From Gemmatimonadales bacterium (GTDB lineage Bacteria > Gemmatimonadota > Gemmatimonadetes > Gemmatimonadales > GWC2-71-9), in contig JBFGJG010000001.1 of assembly GCA_041577295.1 (NCBI GenBank), positions 1-64,000 on the forward strand: a stretch of DNA of 64,000 nt, in the 5' to 3' direction. Numbering within the stretch: the first letter of the stretch is position 1; each line of letters begins with the position of its first letter. Below, piece by piece: positions 42,522 to 53,074 of the stretch. The notes under the pieces are model-generated. The model saw only the letters and a program-made list of their open reading frames with translations. It searched no databases and was not told the DNA's origin. The position numbers and the translations under genes were made by a program.

Positions 42522-44201
42522 CTAAAAGAGTCCTTCGATCGATCCATCCCCTCGTACCCGCATGCGTTCCGCGGCGGGCGTCTTACCCAATCCGGGCATG
42601 GTCATCACATCTCCGGTGAGCGCCACCACGAATCCTGCGCCAGCGGACGGATAAATCTCGCGGATCTTTAGCCGGAAGTCCGTCGGCGCGCCGAGTAGGG
42701 TGGGATCGTCGCTGAAGGAGTACTGCGTTTTGGCCATGCAGACCGGTGTTGCCGCCAAACCCGCATCGTCGAGCTGCTTGATGGCTCTTGAGGCTGCCGC
42801 ATCGTAATCGACGCCATCCGCACGATAGATCTCCTTCGCGATGGTGTCGATCTTCGCGACGACACTCTTCGTTTCGTCGTACAGCGGGTGGAAGTCAGCC
42901 TTGCCAGCATCGAGCATCTCGAGAATGGCTTCCGCGACGTCCATTCCACCCTCGCCACCTTTCTCCCATACCTCGCAGAGACCAAATCGCGCTTTGCGGG
43001 AGGCGCAGCCCCGTCGAACGACATCGATCTCTTCGTTGGTATCTAACACAAAGCGGTTGAGAGCGACCACGCTCGGCACGCCGAACTTGGCGACGTTTTC
43101 AATGTGCCGGGCGAGATTGGCAAATCCACGCTCCACGGCTGCGGGGTTTGGCGTCGTGAGCCGGTCCTTCGCTACTCCGCCATTCTGTTTGAGTGCACGG
43201 ACGGTGGCAACGATCACGGCCGCCTCGGGGCGCAGGCCGCCGACTCGTGCCTTGATGTTGAAGAACTTCTCGGCACCGAGATCGGCTCCAAACCCCGCCT
43301 CGGTCAGGACCACGTCGGCCAACTTCAGGGCGGTGTCCGTGGCGATCAGGGAGTTGCACCCGTGTGCGATGTTGCCGAACGGGCCGCAATGCACAATGGC
43401 GGGTCCACCTTCCAGCGTTTGCACCAGGTTGGGTTCGATCGCATCGCGCAGAAGCATCGTCATGGCCCCATGCGCTGCGAGCTGGTGCGCTCGGACGGGT
43501 GTCTTGTCAGCCGTGGTGCCAACGATGATGCGCCCCAAGCGCTCTTCGAGGTCATCGAGATCGCTGGCGAGGGCGAGGATGGCCATGATCTCGCTGGCTG
43601 GTGTGATGACAAAGCGTTCCTGACGAGGGACACCACCGAGGACCCCGCCGAGACCCACCACCACGTTGCGCAGCGCGCGGTCGTTCATGTCGATCGTGCG
43701 CGGCCACGTAATGCGCCGTTGATCGATGCCCAAGGCGTTGCCCTGATGCAGGTGATTGTCCAGGAGGGCCGACAGGAGGTTGTGCGCGCTCGTGATGGCG
43801 TGAAAGTCACCCGTGAAGTGCAGGTTGATGTCCTCCATAGGCACAACCTGCGCGTATCCTCCACCCGCCGCACCACCTTTGATGCCGAAGATCGGTCCTA
43901 GGCTGGGTTCGCGGAGGCACACGATGGCGTTGTGTCCCATGCGGCGGAGCGCCTGCGTGACGCCGACGGTAACGGTCGACTTCCCCTCACCCGCCGACGT
44001 CGGGTTGATCCCGGTGACGAGCACGAGTCGACCACGTCGTGGTTGGTCTGCGATTCGTCGATGATGGATCTTGGCTTTGTACGCGCCGTATTGGACCAGG
44101 TCCTTGGCCTCGAGGCCGAGGTCGCCGGCCACGTCTACGATGGGTCGCAAGGTTGCGGACTGCGCGATATCGATGTCGGAGGGAATTTTTGTCGTCGTCA
44201 T
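42522..44201 (-). CDS. fhs: Formate--tetrahydrofolate ligase
   Basis: SDIDIAQ, VTGINPTSAGEGKST, REPSLGP.FG.KGGAAGGGYAQV.PMEDINLHFTGDFHAI, GPFGNIAHGCNS, TEAGFGADLGAEKF, MTMPGL. Confidence 0.98.
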   Translation of the reverse strand: MTTTKIPSDIDIAQSATLRPIVDVAGDLGLEAKDLVQYGAYKAKIHHRRIADQPRRGRLVLVTGINPTSAGEGKSTVTVGVTQALRRMGHNAIVCLREPSLGPIFGIKGGAAGGGYAQVVPMEDINLHFTGDFHAITSAHNLLSALLDNHLHQGNALGIDQRRITWPRTIDMNDRALRNVVVGLGGVLGGVPRQERFVITPASEIMAILALASDLDDLEERLGRIIVGTTADKTPVRAHQLAAHGAMTMLLRDAIEPNLVQTLEGGPAIVHCGPFGNIAHGCNSLIATDTALKLADVVLTEAGFGADLGAEKFFNIKARVGGLRPEAAVIVATVRALKQNGGVAKDRLTTPNPAAVERGFANLARHIENVAKFGVPSVVALNRFVLDTNEEIDVVRRGCASRKARFGLCEVWEKGGEGGMDVAEAILEMLDAGKADFHPLYDETKSVVAKIDTIAKEIYRADGVDYDAAASRAIKQLDDAGLAATPVCMAKTQYSFSDDPTLLGAPTDFRLKIREIYPSAGAGFVVALTGDVMTMPGLGKTPAAERMRVRGDGSIEGLF

Positions 44202-44977
44202 TCGGGAACAGATACGGGTTGGAGTACCCGCGGGCCGAAACAGCGCGCGGCATTCGCGGTCGTGACGGTGGCTACGTCGTCGAAGGTCGTCTGTCGCATC
44301 TCCGCCAGGCGATCGGCGACGTGGCGCACGAACAGCGGCTCGTTCCGTTTACCGCGATGGGGAACCGGTGCCAGGTATGGTGCGTCGGTTTCCACGAGAA
44401 GGCGGTCCTTGGGCACACTCGTGACGGCGTGGGCATCGGTCCAGGAGCGGAACGTGACCATGCCACTGAAGGAGACGTACGCTCCTTTCGCGAGCGCAAC
44501 CTCGAGCACTTCGGGTCCTGAACTGAACGAATGCAGGACGAGCTGACACTCGGCAGCTCGCAGCATCGCGCTCATATCGGCATCGGCTTCCCGCGCGTGA
44601 ATGACGATGGGAAGCTGTCGTTGCGCGGCGAGGTCCAACTGGGCCTCGAACGCGCGTCGCTGCGCCTCACGCGGTGAGTGGTCGTAGTGGTAATCGAGAC
44701 CCGCCTCGCCCACTGCCACGACGAGGGGATCCTGGGTGGCCGCCTCTATGCGGGCCCGGATCTCGGGGTTCCAGGATGATGCCTCATGCGGATGCACCCC
44801 GGCGGTTGCGGACAGGCCAAAGGTCTTGGCGTACTCGCGGACCCGGTCGGTGGTGTCTGCCGTGTCCGCAATCAGAATGACGTGCTGCACCCCCCCAGAC
44901 CGGGCACGCGCGACGACCGCCTCGCGATCCTCGGAAAAGCGGGCGTCAGCGAGATGACAGTGGGTATCGATGAGCAC
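44198..44977 (-). CDS. TatD-family hydrolase
   Basis: LIDTHCHL, GVHPHEA, VAVGEAGLDYHY, IVIHAREA, VLHSFS, LLVETDAPYLAP..RGKRNEP. Confidence 0.95.
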   Translation of the reverse strand: MLIDTHCHLADARFSEDREAVVARARSGGVQHVILIADTADTTDRVREYAKTFGLSATAGVHPHEASSWNPEIRARIEAATQDPLVVAVGEAGLDYHYDHSPREAQRRAFEAQLDLAAQRQLPIVIHAREADADMSAMLRAAECQLVLHSFSSGPEVLEVALAKGAYVSFSGMVTFRSWTDAHAVTSVPKDRLLVETDAPYLAPVPHRGKRNEPLFVRHVADRLAEMRQTTFDDVATVTTANAARCFGPRVLQPVSVPE

Positions 44978-45000
44978 GCAGCGCGGGCGTGAATCTCTTG

Positions 45001-45969
45001 TCAGCCCGTCGCGGCGGCGCTGCGGGGCGTGATCGTCTTCGCTCCACGCACGTCCTGACCTGGCCACTTCTGCTCAATGGCCAACAGTACAGGCGACGCG
45101 ATGTAGATCGATGAGAACGTTCCCACGATGATCCCAAACGTCATGACCAACGCGAACCCCTGAATCACTCGGCCGCCAAATATCAGCAGCGAACCGGTGG
45201 CGACGAGCGTCGATACCCCAGTGAGAAGCGTCCGGGGAAGCGTTTCGTTGACGCTACGGTTGAGAATCTCGTACAGGTTCTGCCGCTTGTACTTGTGCAG
45301 GTTCTCCCGCACGCGGTCGAACACCACGATCGTGTCGTTGAGGGAGTACCCGACGATGGTCAACACCGCCGCGATCACGACCAGCGATATCTCGAGATTC
45401 AGGATGGAAATGAACGCCACCCCGGCCAGAATATCGTGAGCGGTGGCAGCGACTGCGGCGATGCCAAAGCGCCATTCGAAACGAAATGCCAGGTAAATCA
45501 GTGTCACCCCAAAGGACAGCACGATGGCGAGCAACGCCTTCTGACGGAGTTCGCCGCCCACCTTGGGTCCAACGGCCTCCGTCCGCGCTACCTCGTAGCT
45601 GCCCTCACCGAACGCATTGGCCAATGCCCCGCTGACAGCGGCGGCGGTCTCGTCGGTCGCCTCTTCTCCCGCCCGCGACCGCGCCTGCAGTCGTGCACGA
45701 ATCACGAACTCGTTCGCAGCGCCGAAGGTCTGGATCTCGGGACCCTCGATTCCGGCCGCGACGAGCGTGCTACGGATGCTGGCAGTCGTGATGGCTGAGT
45801 CCCGCGCCTCGATTTGAATGAGCGTGCCACCGGTAAACTCGATGCTCTCATTGAGGCCGCGAAACGCTAAGAGTAGAAGACCGGGAACCACGAGCGCCAG
45901 CGTCGCGATGTACGCGACCTTGCGGACAGCCAGGAAGTCGTATTGGGCGTTTGCAAAGATGCGGATCAT
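45001..45969 (-). CDS. secF: Protein translocase subunit SecF
   Basis: IEFTGGT, VGPKVG.EL, RFEWRF, HD, LTIVGYSLNDTIVVFDRVREN; TGATG coupling to secD. Confidence 0.96.
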   Translation of the reverse strand: MIRIFANAQYDFLAVRKVAYIATLALVVPGLLLLAFRGLNESIEFTGGTLIQIEARDSAITTASIRSTLVAAGIEGPEIQTFGAANEFVIRARLQARSRAGEEATDETAAAVSGALANAFGEGSYEVARTEAVGPKVGGELRQKALLAIVLSFGVTLIYLAFRFEWRFGIAAVAATAHDILAGVAFISILNLEISLVVIAAVLTIVGYSLNDTIVVFDRVRENLHKYKRQNLYEILNRSVNETLPRTLLTGVSTLVATGSLLIFGGRVIQGFALVMTFGIIVGTFSSIYIASPVLLAIEQKWPGQDVRGAKTITPRSAAATG

Positions 45970-47621
45970 CAGATCGACAGTTCTTTCGTGGCCTGGCCTG
46001 TGTGGAGCCAAACAAGGAAGAGTGTGCGGGTGACGAACACCGCCGAGAGGAAGGACGCGAAGATCCCGACGATTAGCGTCACCGCGAACCCCTTGACCGG
46101 TCCCGTACCAAACTGGAAGAGAAACAGCGCCGTGAGCACGGTCGTAATGTTGGAGTCGATAATCGCGCGCATGGCGTGCTTGAAGCCGTCATCGACCGAA
46201 AGTCGGGTGGACTTGCCGTGTTGGAGCTCCTCCCGGATGCGCTCAAAGATGAGGACGTTCGCATCCACAGCCATTCCGATCGACAGTGCGAACCCCGCAA
46301 GCCCAGGGAGCGTCAGTGTGGCTCCAAACATCGCGAGCCCGCCCAGAGTGAAGAGGCCATAAAACATGAGGGCGACCACGGCGAGCAAACCCGAGAAGCG
46401 GTAATACGCGACGACCAGAAGAATAACCGCGATGCTTGCGATGATCGCTGCCTCGGTGCCTTGCGCGATCGAGTCACGTCCCAGACTCGGGCCCACGGTG
46501 CGCTCTTCGACAATCTGAATGGGCGCGGGGAGGGCGCCGGCGCGGAGGACAAGCGCCAGATCCTGGGCCTCTTGCAGGCTTGCGCTCCCCAGCTCGATCT
46601 GACCGCGGCGGCCGATCTGCGAGCGGATGACTGGCGGTTGCCGATGGACCCGGCCATCGAGCATGATCGCCATGTAGTCGTTGACGTGCCGGCCGGTCTC
46701 CCGCTGGAAGATGCGACCACCACCACGCGTCAGCTCAAACTGGACCACCGCTTGGTTGTTGATCTGGTCGAGCGTAGCGCGGGCATCGGACAGGTATTCG
46801 CCCGTGATGATAGGCCGCCGCTCCACCGCGTAGAGCGCGCGAAATGAGCGGGCGCCTTGCGATGTGGGCTCCATGGCCCAGACGAGTTCGAGACCGCGAG
46901 GCACGAGCCGTTGCACAACAGGGAGGCGCAAGAGGCTGTCCACCCGAGGGAAATCTTCCTCTGGGACCAGAAACTCCCCGGGCATGTTGCCGTTGAACAG
47001 GTTGGTGCTGAGGGGACCGGGCTGGTCGAGGGTGAAGGCCGCCGTGTCCGCAGCGGCCGAATCCTGGTCTGCGGCGGCAGCCGTGTCTGTACCGAGCAGC
47101 TCTTCCAGCTGGGTGCGCGGACCACCAGCGCCGGCAACGGGATCCCGCACTCCCGCTTCCACGAGCGCACGATCGATCTGCGGGAGCGCGTCGCGGAACT
47201 GCTGTTCCATGTCGACAATCCGAAACTCCAGGAACGCGGAACGTTGCACGATCTGCTTCGCACGCGCCGGGTCGTCCACGCCGGCGAGCTCGACGACGAT
47301 GCGCTCCTGCCCGACCTTCTGAATGAGCGGCTCGGCCACGCCGAACTCGTCGACCCGGGTTCGAATGACCGTGAGTGCCCGGTCCAACGCGTCCTCGCGG
47401 TCAACCGCGGTACCGGCGCTCTCGTCGATTTCCAGGGCGAGATGGATGCCGCCCCGCAGGTCGAGTCCCTGTTTCAAGGGGACCCGCTTGATGACGACAT
47501 CGCGCATACGCCCGTCAGCGTCACGCTCGCGTATCGTGACATCGCGTGGAATGAGCGACCAGGCGCTCAGCAACACGAGTCCGATAATGACCGCGAGACG
47601 TCCTTTGATGGTAGAGAGCAT
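45969..47621 (-). CDS. secD: Protein translocase subunit SecD
   Basis: GLDLRGG, RVDEFGVAEP.IQ, LRAGALPAP, VGPSLG, GMAVDANVLIFERIREE, GTGPVKGFAVTL. Confidence 0.97.
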   Translation of the reverse strand: MLSTIKGRLAVIIGLVLLSAWSLIPRDVTIRERDADGRMRDVVIKRVPLKQGLDLRGGIHLALEIDESAGTAVDREDALDRALTVIRTRVDEFGVAEPLIQKVGQERIVVELAGVDDPARAKQIVQRSAFLEFRIVDMEQQFRDALPQIDRALVEAGVRDPVAGAGGPRTQLEELLGTDTAAAADQDSAAADTAAFTLDQPGPLSTNLFNGNMPGEFLVPEEDFPRVDSLLRLPVVQRLVPRGLELVWAMEPTSQGARSFRALYAVERRPIITGEYLSDARATLDQINNQAVVQFELTRGGGRIFQRETGRHVNDYMAIMLDGRVHRQPPVIRSQIGRRGQIELGSASLQEAQDLALVLRAGALPAPIQIVEERTVGPSLGRDSIAQGTEAAIIASIAVILLVVAYYRFSGLLAVVALMFYGLFTLGGLAMFGATLTLPGLAGFALSIGMAVDANVLIFERIREELQHGKSTRLSVDDGFKHAMRAIIDSNITTVLTALFLFQFGTGPVKGFAVTLIVGIFASFLSAVFVTRTLFLVWLHTGQATKELSI

Positions 47622-47647
47622 GGTCAGAAGAATGCTTTCAAAAGGCC

Positions 47648-48580
47648 CTAATGACTAGTGGAGCCGCCCTGGCGTGTCAACGCGTCCCGAGCGGCGGTAA
47701 AGTCCTTGTCTAGCTGATGCTTGAGCGCGGCGGGAGACGGAAAGGTCATCACGTCGCGCAACCTGGCGATCCACGAGACCTTCACCTCACAACCATAGAG
47801 GTCCACTTCAGCGTCGATGAGATGGATCTCGAGTGACTGCTCCGTCTCATCGAACGTGGGTCGGGGTCCCTGATGCATCATCCCACCCGCCCTGCCTTTG
47901 GACCACTCGACGCTTACCGCATATACCCCATCCGGCGGCAAGAGCTTCCGCTTGTCCGGCACAACTAGGTTGATGGTACGGTACCCGATCTCGCGCCCAC
48001 GCCCCGCGCCGCGCGTGACCTGTGCGATCATGGAATACGGTCGTCCCAACAGGCGCCGAGTCGTCTCGAGATCTCCACCGCCGAGGGCGCGGCGGACGAG
48101 CGTGGAGGACACTGGCCGACTGTCCAGGTCCACCTCGGCAACGACGTCGACCGCGAAGCCGAGCTGGCTGCCTAGCTGCCGCACAAGCGCCACGTCACCG
48201 GCGCGCCCCTTTCCGAACCCGTGGTCGTACCCGATCACGAGCTCCCGCATGTGAAACCGCTCGAGCAGGAGCCGCACGAACGCTTCCGGACTGAACACCG
48301 ACAGCTCCTTGGTGAACGCGAGGAACACCACCACGTCCAACTCGCACTGAGCGAGAATCTCTCGCCGCTCGTTGCCCAGGGTAAGCAGGGGTGGAGCAGC
48401 TTGCGGATTGACGACTTCGAGTGGGTGTGGCTCGAACGTGACAAGGACGCTGCGTCTGTTCGCACGGGTAGCACGACGGGCGATCTCCTCGAGCACCTGG
48501 CGGTGCCCCAGGTGCACCCCGTCGTAGCTCCCAACCGTGACGACGGTTCCACGCCCGTCTTCGGGAAACGGTGGCCTCAT
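47648..48580 (-). CDS. ribF: Bifunctional riboflavin kinase / FAD synthetase
   Basis: TVGSYDGVHLGH, TFEPHP, GYDHGFG, VSSTLVR, GRGREIGY.T.N, GVYAV. Confidence 0.95.
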   Translation of the reverse strand: MRPPFPEDGRGTVVTVGSYDGVHLGHRQVLEEIARRATRANRRSVLVTFEPHPLEVVNPQAAPPLLTLGNERREILAQCELDVVVFLAFTKELSVFSPEAFVRLLLERFHMRELVIGYDHGFGKGRAGDVALVRQLGSQLGFAVDVVAEVDLDSRPVSSTLVRRALGGGDLETTRRLLGRPYSMIAQVTRGAGRGREIGYRTINLVVPDKRKLLPPDGVYAVSVEWSKGRAGGMMHQGPRPTFDETEQSLEIHLIDAEVDLYGCEVKVSWIARLRDVMTFPSPAALKHQLDKDFTAARDALTRQGGSTSH

Positions 48581-49431
48581 CCCACGAGCACGACGCGTGG
48601 CTTCATCAGTCCATTGTGGGCATCCGCTACGGCGACGAGCTCGGCGTTCGCAACCAGGGCCACTGGGCCACCCGTCGTTGGCGGTCCCTCGACCGGCTGA
48701 CCGTGAGCGATCCGCTCCCTACCCACATCGTCAAGCGATAATTGTGGGAGATGGCGCACCGCCTCCAGCGGAGCCAGCAGTGCTGCCCGAGCGTCCGGGA
48801 GCTTCTCGGGTGTGAGCGCGTTCTCCACGCGAAATTCTCCAATGGCGATGCGACGAAGAGCGTGGAGATGGGCACCGCACCCCAACCGTTCGCCGAGGTC
48901 CCGTGCGAGGGCTCGCACGTAGGTCCCGCTGGTGACCTGTGTGGAGAACGGCACGCGGGGACCCACACGCTCTCCCAAGTCGAACCGCTTGACGTCGACG
49001 AGCACTGCCGACAGTGTTGGGGCCCGCCCTTCCCGCGCCAACTTGTAGGCGCGCTCACCACCAACCTTCTTGGCGGAAAACGCCGGAGGACGCTGCTCGT
49101 ATTTGCCGGTGAGGGTCCGTGCGGCGGCGGCAAGCGTATTGTCGGAAATCGTTTGCCAAGTGTCACTCGTGGTTACCACCGCCCCACTACGATCCTCCGT
49201 GTCGGTCGCTGCACCGAGCTCGATCACTCCGGTGTATTCCTTCGGCAATCCCACGAGAAACTGCGCCAAGCGTGTGGCCCGACCCACCAGCATGAGCAAC
49301 AGGCCGCTGGCGAACGGGTCGAGCGTGCCGGCGTGGCCCACGCGGCGGATGCCGAGAGCTTGCCGCACATGCGTGACCATGTCGTGCGAGGTCGGACCTT
49401 CCGGTTTGTCTACCAGGAGCAAGCCATCCAC
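48577..49431 (-). CDS. truB: tRNA pseudouridine(55) synthase
   Basis: DKPEGPTSHD, GHAGTLDPFASGLL, QRPPAFSA.K..G.RAY, SGTYVRALARDLG. Confidence 0.97.
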   Translation of the reverse strand: MDGLLLVDKPEGPTSHDMVTHVRQALGIRRVGHAGTLDPFASGLLLMLVGRATRLAQFLVGLPKEYTGVIELGAATDTEDRSGAVVTTSDTWQTISDNTLAAAARTLTGKYEQRPPAFSAKKVGGERAYKLAREGRAPTLSAVLVDVKRFDLGERVGPRVPFSTQVTSGTYVRALARDLGERLGCGAHLHALRRIAIGEFRVENALTPEKLPDARAALLAPLEAVRHLPQLSLDDVGRERIAHGQPVEGPPTTGGPVALVANAELVAVADAHNGLMKPRVVLVG

Positions 49432-49433
49432 GT

Positions 49434-49802
49434 TCAGGACTGCTCATCCTGCTTGAGCTGATCGAGGATGGCATCGATACGTGCGGCATGGTCGAGTCCG
49501 CGGTCGAGCACGAAGTGGAGCTCGGGAGTGGACCGGAGCGGGAGGTTCCGTGCGAGATGGGAGCGCAAGTAGCCGCGGGCGCTCGTGAGGCCCTCCATGG
49601 CGTTGGCTTTGGCGTCTTCGTCACCCATGACACTCACGCGAACTTTTGCGTGCGTTCCGTCACCCGACATGGTGACGCCCGTAATCGTCACAAACCCGAC
49701 CCGTGGGTCCTTGATTCCCCTGGTGAGCGCCTCGGCAAGCGCTTCCTGAACGAGCGCCGCGAGTCTCTCGGGGCGATGCGGTCGCTGGCGGGATCGTGTC
49801 AC
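49434..49802 (-). CDS. rbfA: 30S ribosome-binding factor A
   Basis: KDPRVGFVTIT.V, GYLRS.LA..L.LR.TPELHF..D. Confidence 0.95.
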   Translation of the reverse strand: MTRSRQRPHRPERLAALVQEALAEALTRGIKDPRVGFVTITGVTMSGDGTHAKVRVSVMGDEDAKANAMEGLTSARGYLRSHLARNLPLRSTPELHFVLDRGLDHAARIDAILDQLKQDEQS

Positions 49803-50080
49803 AGGAGATTGGTGAAGGAGTCGACGATTCGGGCGAGTCCGTCACGCGCAACGAGGTCGTCGGCGGCGCTCAGCACCGACTCGACCTGGCGGCGGTCGCC
49901 TGCTACGACACAACACGCCAGTTCAGCCCGCTGCCATAGCTCGTGATGGTTCGTTTCAGACACAGACACGTTGAACCGACGGTGGAGCCGGTCTTTGAGG
50001 CTCTTCAGAATACGGCGCTTGTCTTTGAGGGACTGACAGCCGTTTAGATGCAGTTCCCAGACGCGCAGGCCGACGACCAC
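49799..50080 (-). CDS. DUF503 (YlxP) family protein
   Basis: SLKDKRRILKSLKDRLHRRFNVSVSE...D/ELWQRA; position between infB and rbfA. Confidence 0.92.
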   Translation of the reverse strand: MVVGLRVWELHLNGCQSLKDKRRILKSLKDRLHRRFNVSVSETNHHELWQRAELACCVVAGDRRQVESVLSAADDLVARDGLARIVDSFTNLL

Positions 50081-50082
50081 AC

Positions 50083-52752
50083 TCAGGTATCTTTCCCCGT
50101 CCCTGCCGTTTCGAGGGAGCGGGCCACCTCTTCGATCTGGTAGGCTTCGAGCACGTCGCCCACCTTAACATCATTGAAGTTCTCGACGCCGATACCGCAC
50201 TCGAGACCATCGCGCACCTCGCGCACGTCCTCCTTGAACCGCTTGAGGCTCGAGATGGCGCCGTCGTAGATCTCGACGCCGTCGCGGATGACCCGCATCT
50301 TGGCGCCGCGGCGGATCACGCCATTGCGGACGAAGCAGCCGGCAATCGTGCCGACGCCAGAGATCTTGAACGTCTGTCGCACTTCCGCCTCGCCCAACAC
50401 GATTTCCTTCTCTTCCGGCGCCAGAAGCCCTTCGAGTGCCGCCTTGACGTCCTCGACGGCTTCGTAAATGACCCTGTACGTCCGGATGTCGACCTTTTCG
50501 CGCTCTGCGGCTCCACGGGCGTTTGCATCGGGCCTGACGTGGAAGCCGATGATGATGGCGTTGGACGCCTTCGCCAGGAGCACGTCGCTTTCGGTGACCG
50601 CGCCGACACCGCGGTGCACGATCTCGACTTTGACCTCGTCGGTCGACAGCTGGGCAAAGGCGTCTGCCAGTGCTTCTGCAGGCCCACCCTGGTCTGCTTT
50701 GATGATCATGTTGAGAGCCCGAACCTCGCCAACCTCGATCTGCTGCGACAGATCTTCGAGCGACACGCCGCGCGAGGAGCGGCGGTGGGCCGCTTCCCGA
50801 TCGAGCCGCTGACGCTTCTGCGCGATCTCTCTGGCGTGTTGCGCGGACTCGACGGCCATAAACGTGTCACCTGCCGTTGCGACGCCCTCGAATCCCAAAA
50901 TCTGAACTGGGATCGATGGTCCCGCCTCGTCGACCCGGTTGCCCCGCTCGTCGAGCATCGCCCGGACGCGACCCGCGAGGTGTCCGCAGATGAAGTCGTC
51001 GCCCACCTTGAGCGCGCCACTCTCGACGAGCACTGTCGCCACCGGTCCCTTGCCCGGGTCCAGCGTCGCCTCGATCACGGTCCCCTTCGCCCCGCGGCTA
51101 GGATTGGCTTTGAGATCGAGCAGTTCGGCCTGCAGCAAGATTTTCTCGAGTAGCTCGTCGACGCCCTTTCCGGACTTGGCAGAGATCTGTTGACCCATCG
51201 TGTCGCCACCGTACTCCTCGAGTACCACTTCGTGCTTCAGCAGCTCCTGCTTGACCTTTTCCACGTTGGCGTTGGGGAGATCGATCTTGTTCACGGCGAC
51301 CACCAACGGCACGCCCGCGTTCTTCGCATGGCTGATCGCTTCGACCGTCTGCGGCATGACCTGATCGTCCGCGGCGACCACGAGCACCACGATATCAGTG
51401 ACCTGCGCGCCACGGGCACGCATGGCCGTGAACGCCTCGTGACCCGGGGTGTCGAGGAAGGTGATGACCTTGCCGTTGGACAGTTCGACGTGGTAGGCAC
51501 CGATGTGCTGGGTGATGCCACCGGATTCTCCGCCGATCACGTTCGTCTTGCGGATGTAGTCGAGTAACGACGTCTTGCCGTGGTCGACGTGACCCATGAC
51601 CGTGACTACCGGCGGCCGTGACTCGAGATCCTCGGGGCTGTCCTCGACCACTTCCTCAACCTCTGACGGGACGTATTCCTCTTCCTGGACCGCCTTGAAC
51701 CCAAACGCGCCCGCGATGAGGTCGATCTGGTCGAAGTCGAGCCGCTGGTTCACCGTCACCATCATGCCCAGCTCTTTGAAGCAGAAGGTGACGATCTCCG
51801 TCGGCGGGAGGCTCAGAATCTCGGAAAGCTCGGAGACCGTGATGAACTCGTTGACCCGAACCGTGGTCTTCTCTCGCTCCCGCTCCTCAGCCTTGCGCTG
51901 CTCTGCGATCTCCCGGGCAGAGGGTTCGTCGTCACGCCGTCGAGGGCCCTTCTTGGGTCCGGGGCCTTTGAGCGTGGCCAACGTCCTGCTGATGTTGGCC
52001 TGCACGGCTTCCTTGTCGACCTGCGTACGCTTCCCCTTCTTGCGTCGCTTCTTGTCGCGGCGCCGCTCCTCTGCGATCTCACCGGGAGCCGCCGACGCGA
52101 CCGGTCGGGGTCCGGTGGGACGCCAACCGCGCGCTTGTGGCTGGCGCTGAACCCGTTTCGGAATGACGGGTTCGGGCTTCGTGACCGGTGGGGGGGCCGC
52201 GGCCCTTGCCACGGGTTGCACGGGCTCCGGCTTCTCGACGGGGGCGGCCGGTGGCGCGGGGGCCGGCTTGGCCTCCTGCTTCACCTCTGCCGGTGGGGGC
52301 GCGATGGTCTCTACGGGCTCCTTAAACAGCGCCGCGGCGCGCTCTTGGAGCGTTGGAGTGGTCTCGGCGGGTGCCTCGGCGCGCTTGAGATCGTCGGCTT
52401 TCGCCACAGTCGCGGTCGCTTCCGCCTCTCGCTTCGCAAGTTCGTCGGCTTCTTTCGCCGCGACCTCGGCGGCCGTGCGGCGGCGCCGACGCGGCCGGGC
52501 CTCAGCCTTTGGCGCCGCCACCGCACTCTTCTTCGTGGCCGTCTTGCGGGTTCGCCGGCGCGTCTTCGTCTCAGACGGCCCGTCACGCCGTTTTTCCCGC
52601 TCCCAGCGGGCACGCACCATGGCTACCTGCCCCGTGTCCAGCACGGACAGATGGCTGCGAACGTGAATTCCCATATCGGCAAGCAGCTTGAGCAGCTTAC
52701 CACTCTCGATCCCGAACTCCGCCGCGAGATCATGGACCCGCGTCTTACTCAC
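50083..52752 (-). CDS. infB: Translation initiation factor IF-2
   Basis: RPPVVTVMGHVDHGKTSLLD, GGITQHIGAY, DTPGHEAFTAMRARGA, NKID, SSLKRFKEDVREV..G.ECG. Confidence 0.99.
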   Translation of the reverse strand: MSKTRVHDLAAEFGIESGKLLKLLADMGIHVRSHLSVLDTGQVAMVRARWEREKRRDGPSETKTRRRTRKTATKKSAVAAPKAEARPRRRRRTAAEVAAKEADELAKREAEATATVAKADDLKRAEAPAETTPTLQERAAALFKEPVETIAPPPAEVKQEAKPAPAPPAAPVEKPEPVQPVARAAAPPPVTKPEPVIPKRVQRQPQARGWRPTGPRPVASAAPGEIAEERRRDKKRRKKGKRTQVDKEAVQANISRTLATLKGPGPKKGPRRRDDEPSAREIAEQRKAEEREREKTTVRVNEFITVSELSEILSLPPTEIVTFCFKELGMMVTVNQRLDFDQIDLIAGAFGFKAVQEEEYVPSEVEEVVEDSPEDLESRPPVVTVMGHVDHGKTSLLDYIRKTNVIGGESGGITQHIGAYHVELSNGKVITFLDTPGHEAFTAMRARGAQVTDIVVLVVAADDQVMPQTVEAISHAKNAGVPLVVAVNKIDLPNANVEKVKQELLKHEVVLEEYGGDTMGQQISAKSGKGVDELLEKILLQAELLDLKANPSRGAKGTVIEATLDPGKGPVATVLVESGALKVGDDFICGHLAGRVRAMLDERGNRVDEAGPSIPVQILGFEGVATAGDTFMAVESAQHAREIAQKRQRLDREAAHRRSSRGVSLEDLSQQIEVGEVRALNMIIKADQGGPAEALADAFAQLSTDEVKVEIVHRGVGAVTESDVLLAKASNAIIIGFHVRPDANARGAAEREKVDIRTYRVIYEAVEDVKAALEGLLAPEEKEIVLGEAEVRQTFKISGVGTIAGCFVRNGVIRRGAKMRVIRDGVEIYDGAISSLKRFKEDVREVRDGLECGIGVENFNDVKVGDVLEAYQIEEVARSLETAGTGKDT

Positions 52753-53074
52753 TGAACTTCTCCTCCTGCTTCAGTAACGAGCTGCTGATACCCGCCGCCA
52801 TGTGGCGGTCGCTCACGCCAACGGCTTGCACGGTTCCGGACCGGCCCAAGCGACGCCCCAACTCTGCTGCATCCGGCCCGGCAACCACTGGAATGCCTTT
52901 CACCTGCGCAAGACGAACTACCTTCTGTTCCGTTCGCGGGCTGGCGTCCGCCGCGACGACTACCAGGTAGACGTCGTCGCCCTGCAACCCGGCCCGCGCC
53001 GCCGCCGTTCCGACGAACAACTTCCCGCCTCGGGCTCCGAGGCCAAGGAGACCCAAACCCGAGGACGAAATCAC
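52745..53074 (-). CDS. L7Ae/L30e-family RNA-binding protein (YlxQ-like)
   Basis: LLGLGARGG, LVVVAADAS.RT, ELGRRLG, AVGVSD; between nusA and infB. Confidence 0.85.
   Translation of the reverse strand: MISSSGLGLLGLGARGGKLFVGTAAARAGLQGDDVYLVVVAADASPRTEQKVVRLAQVKGIPVVAGPDAAELGRRLGRSGTVQAVGVSDRHMAAGISSSLLKQEEKFSE

Noticed and set aside
42128..44201. fhs and ridA as part of the BMC locus
   Set aside because: They are separated from it by tRNA-Sec, a membrane-protein gene and the divergent lpxH, and belong to the upstream housekeeping run; nothing in the sequence links them functionally
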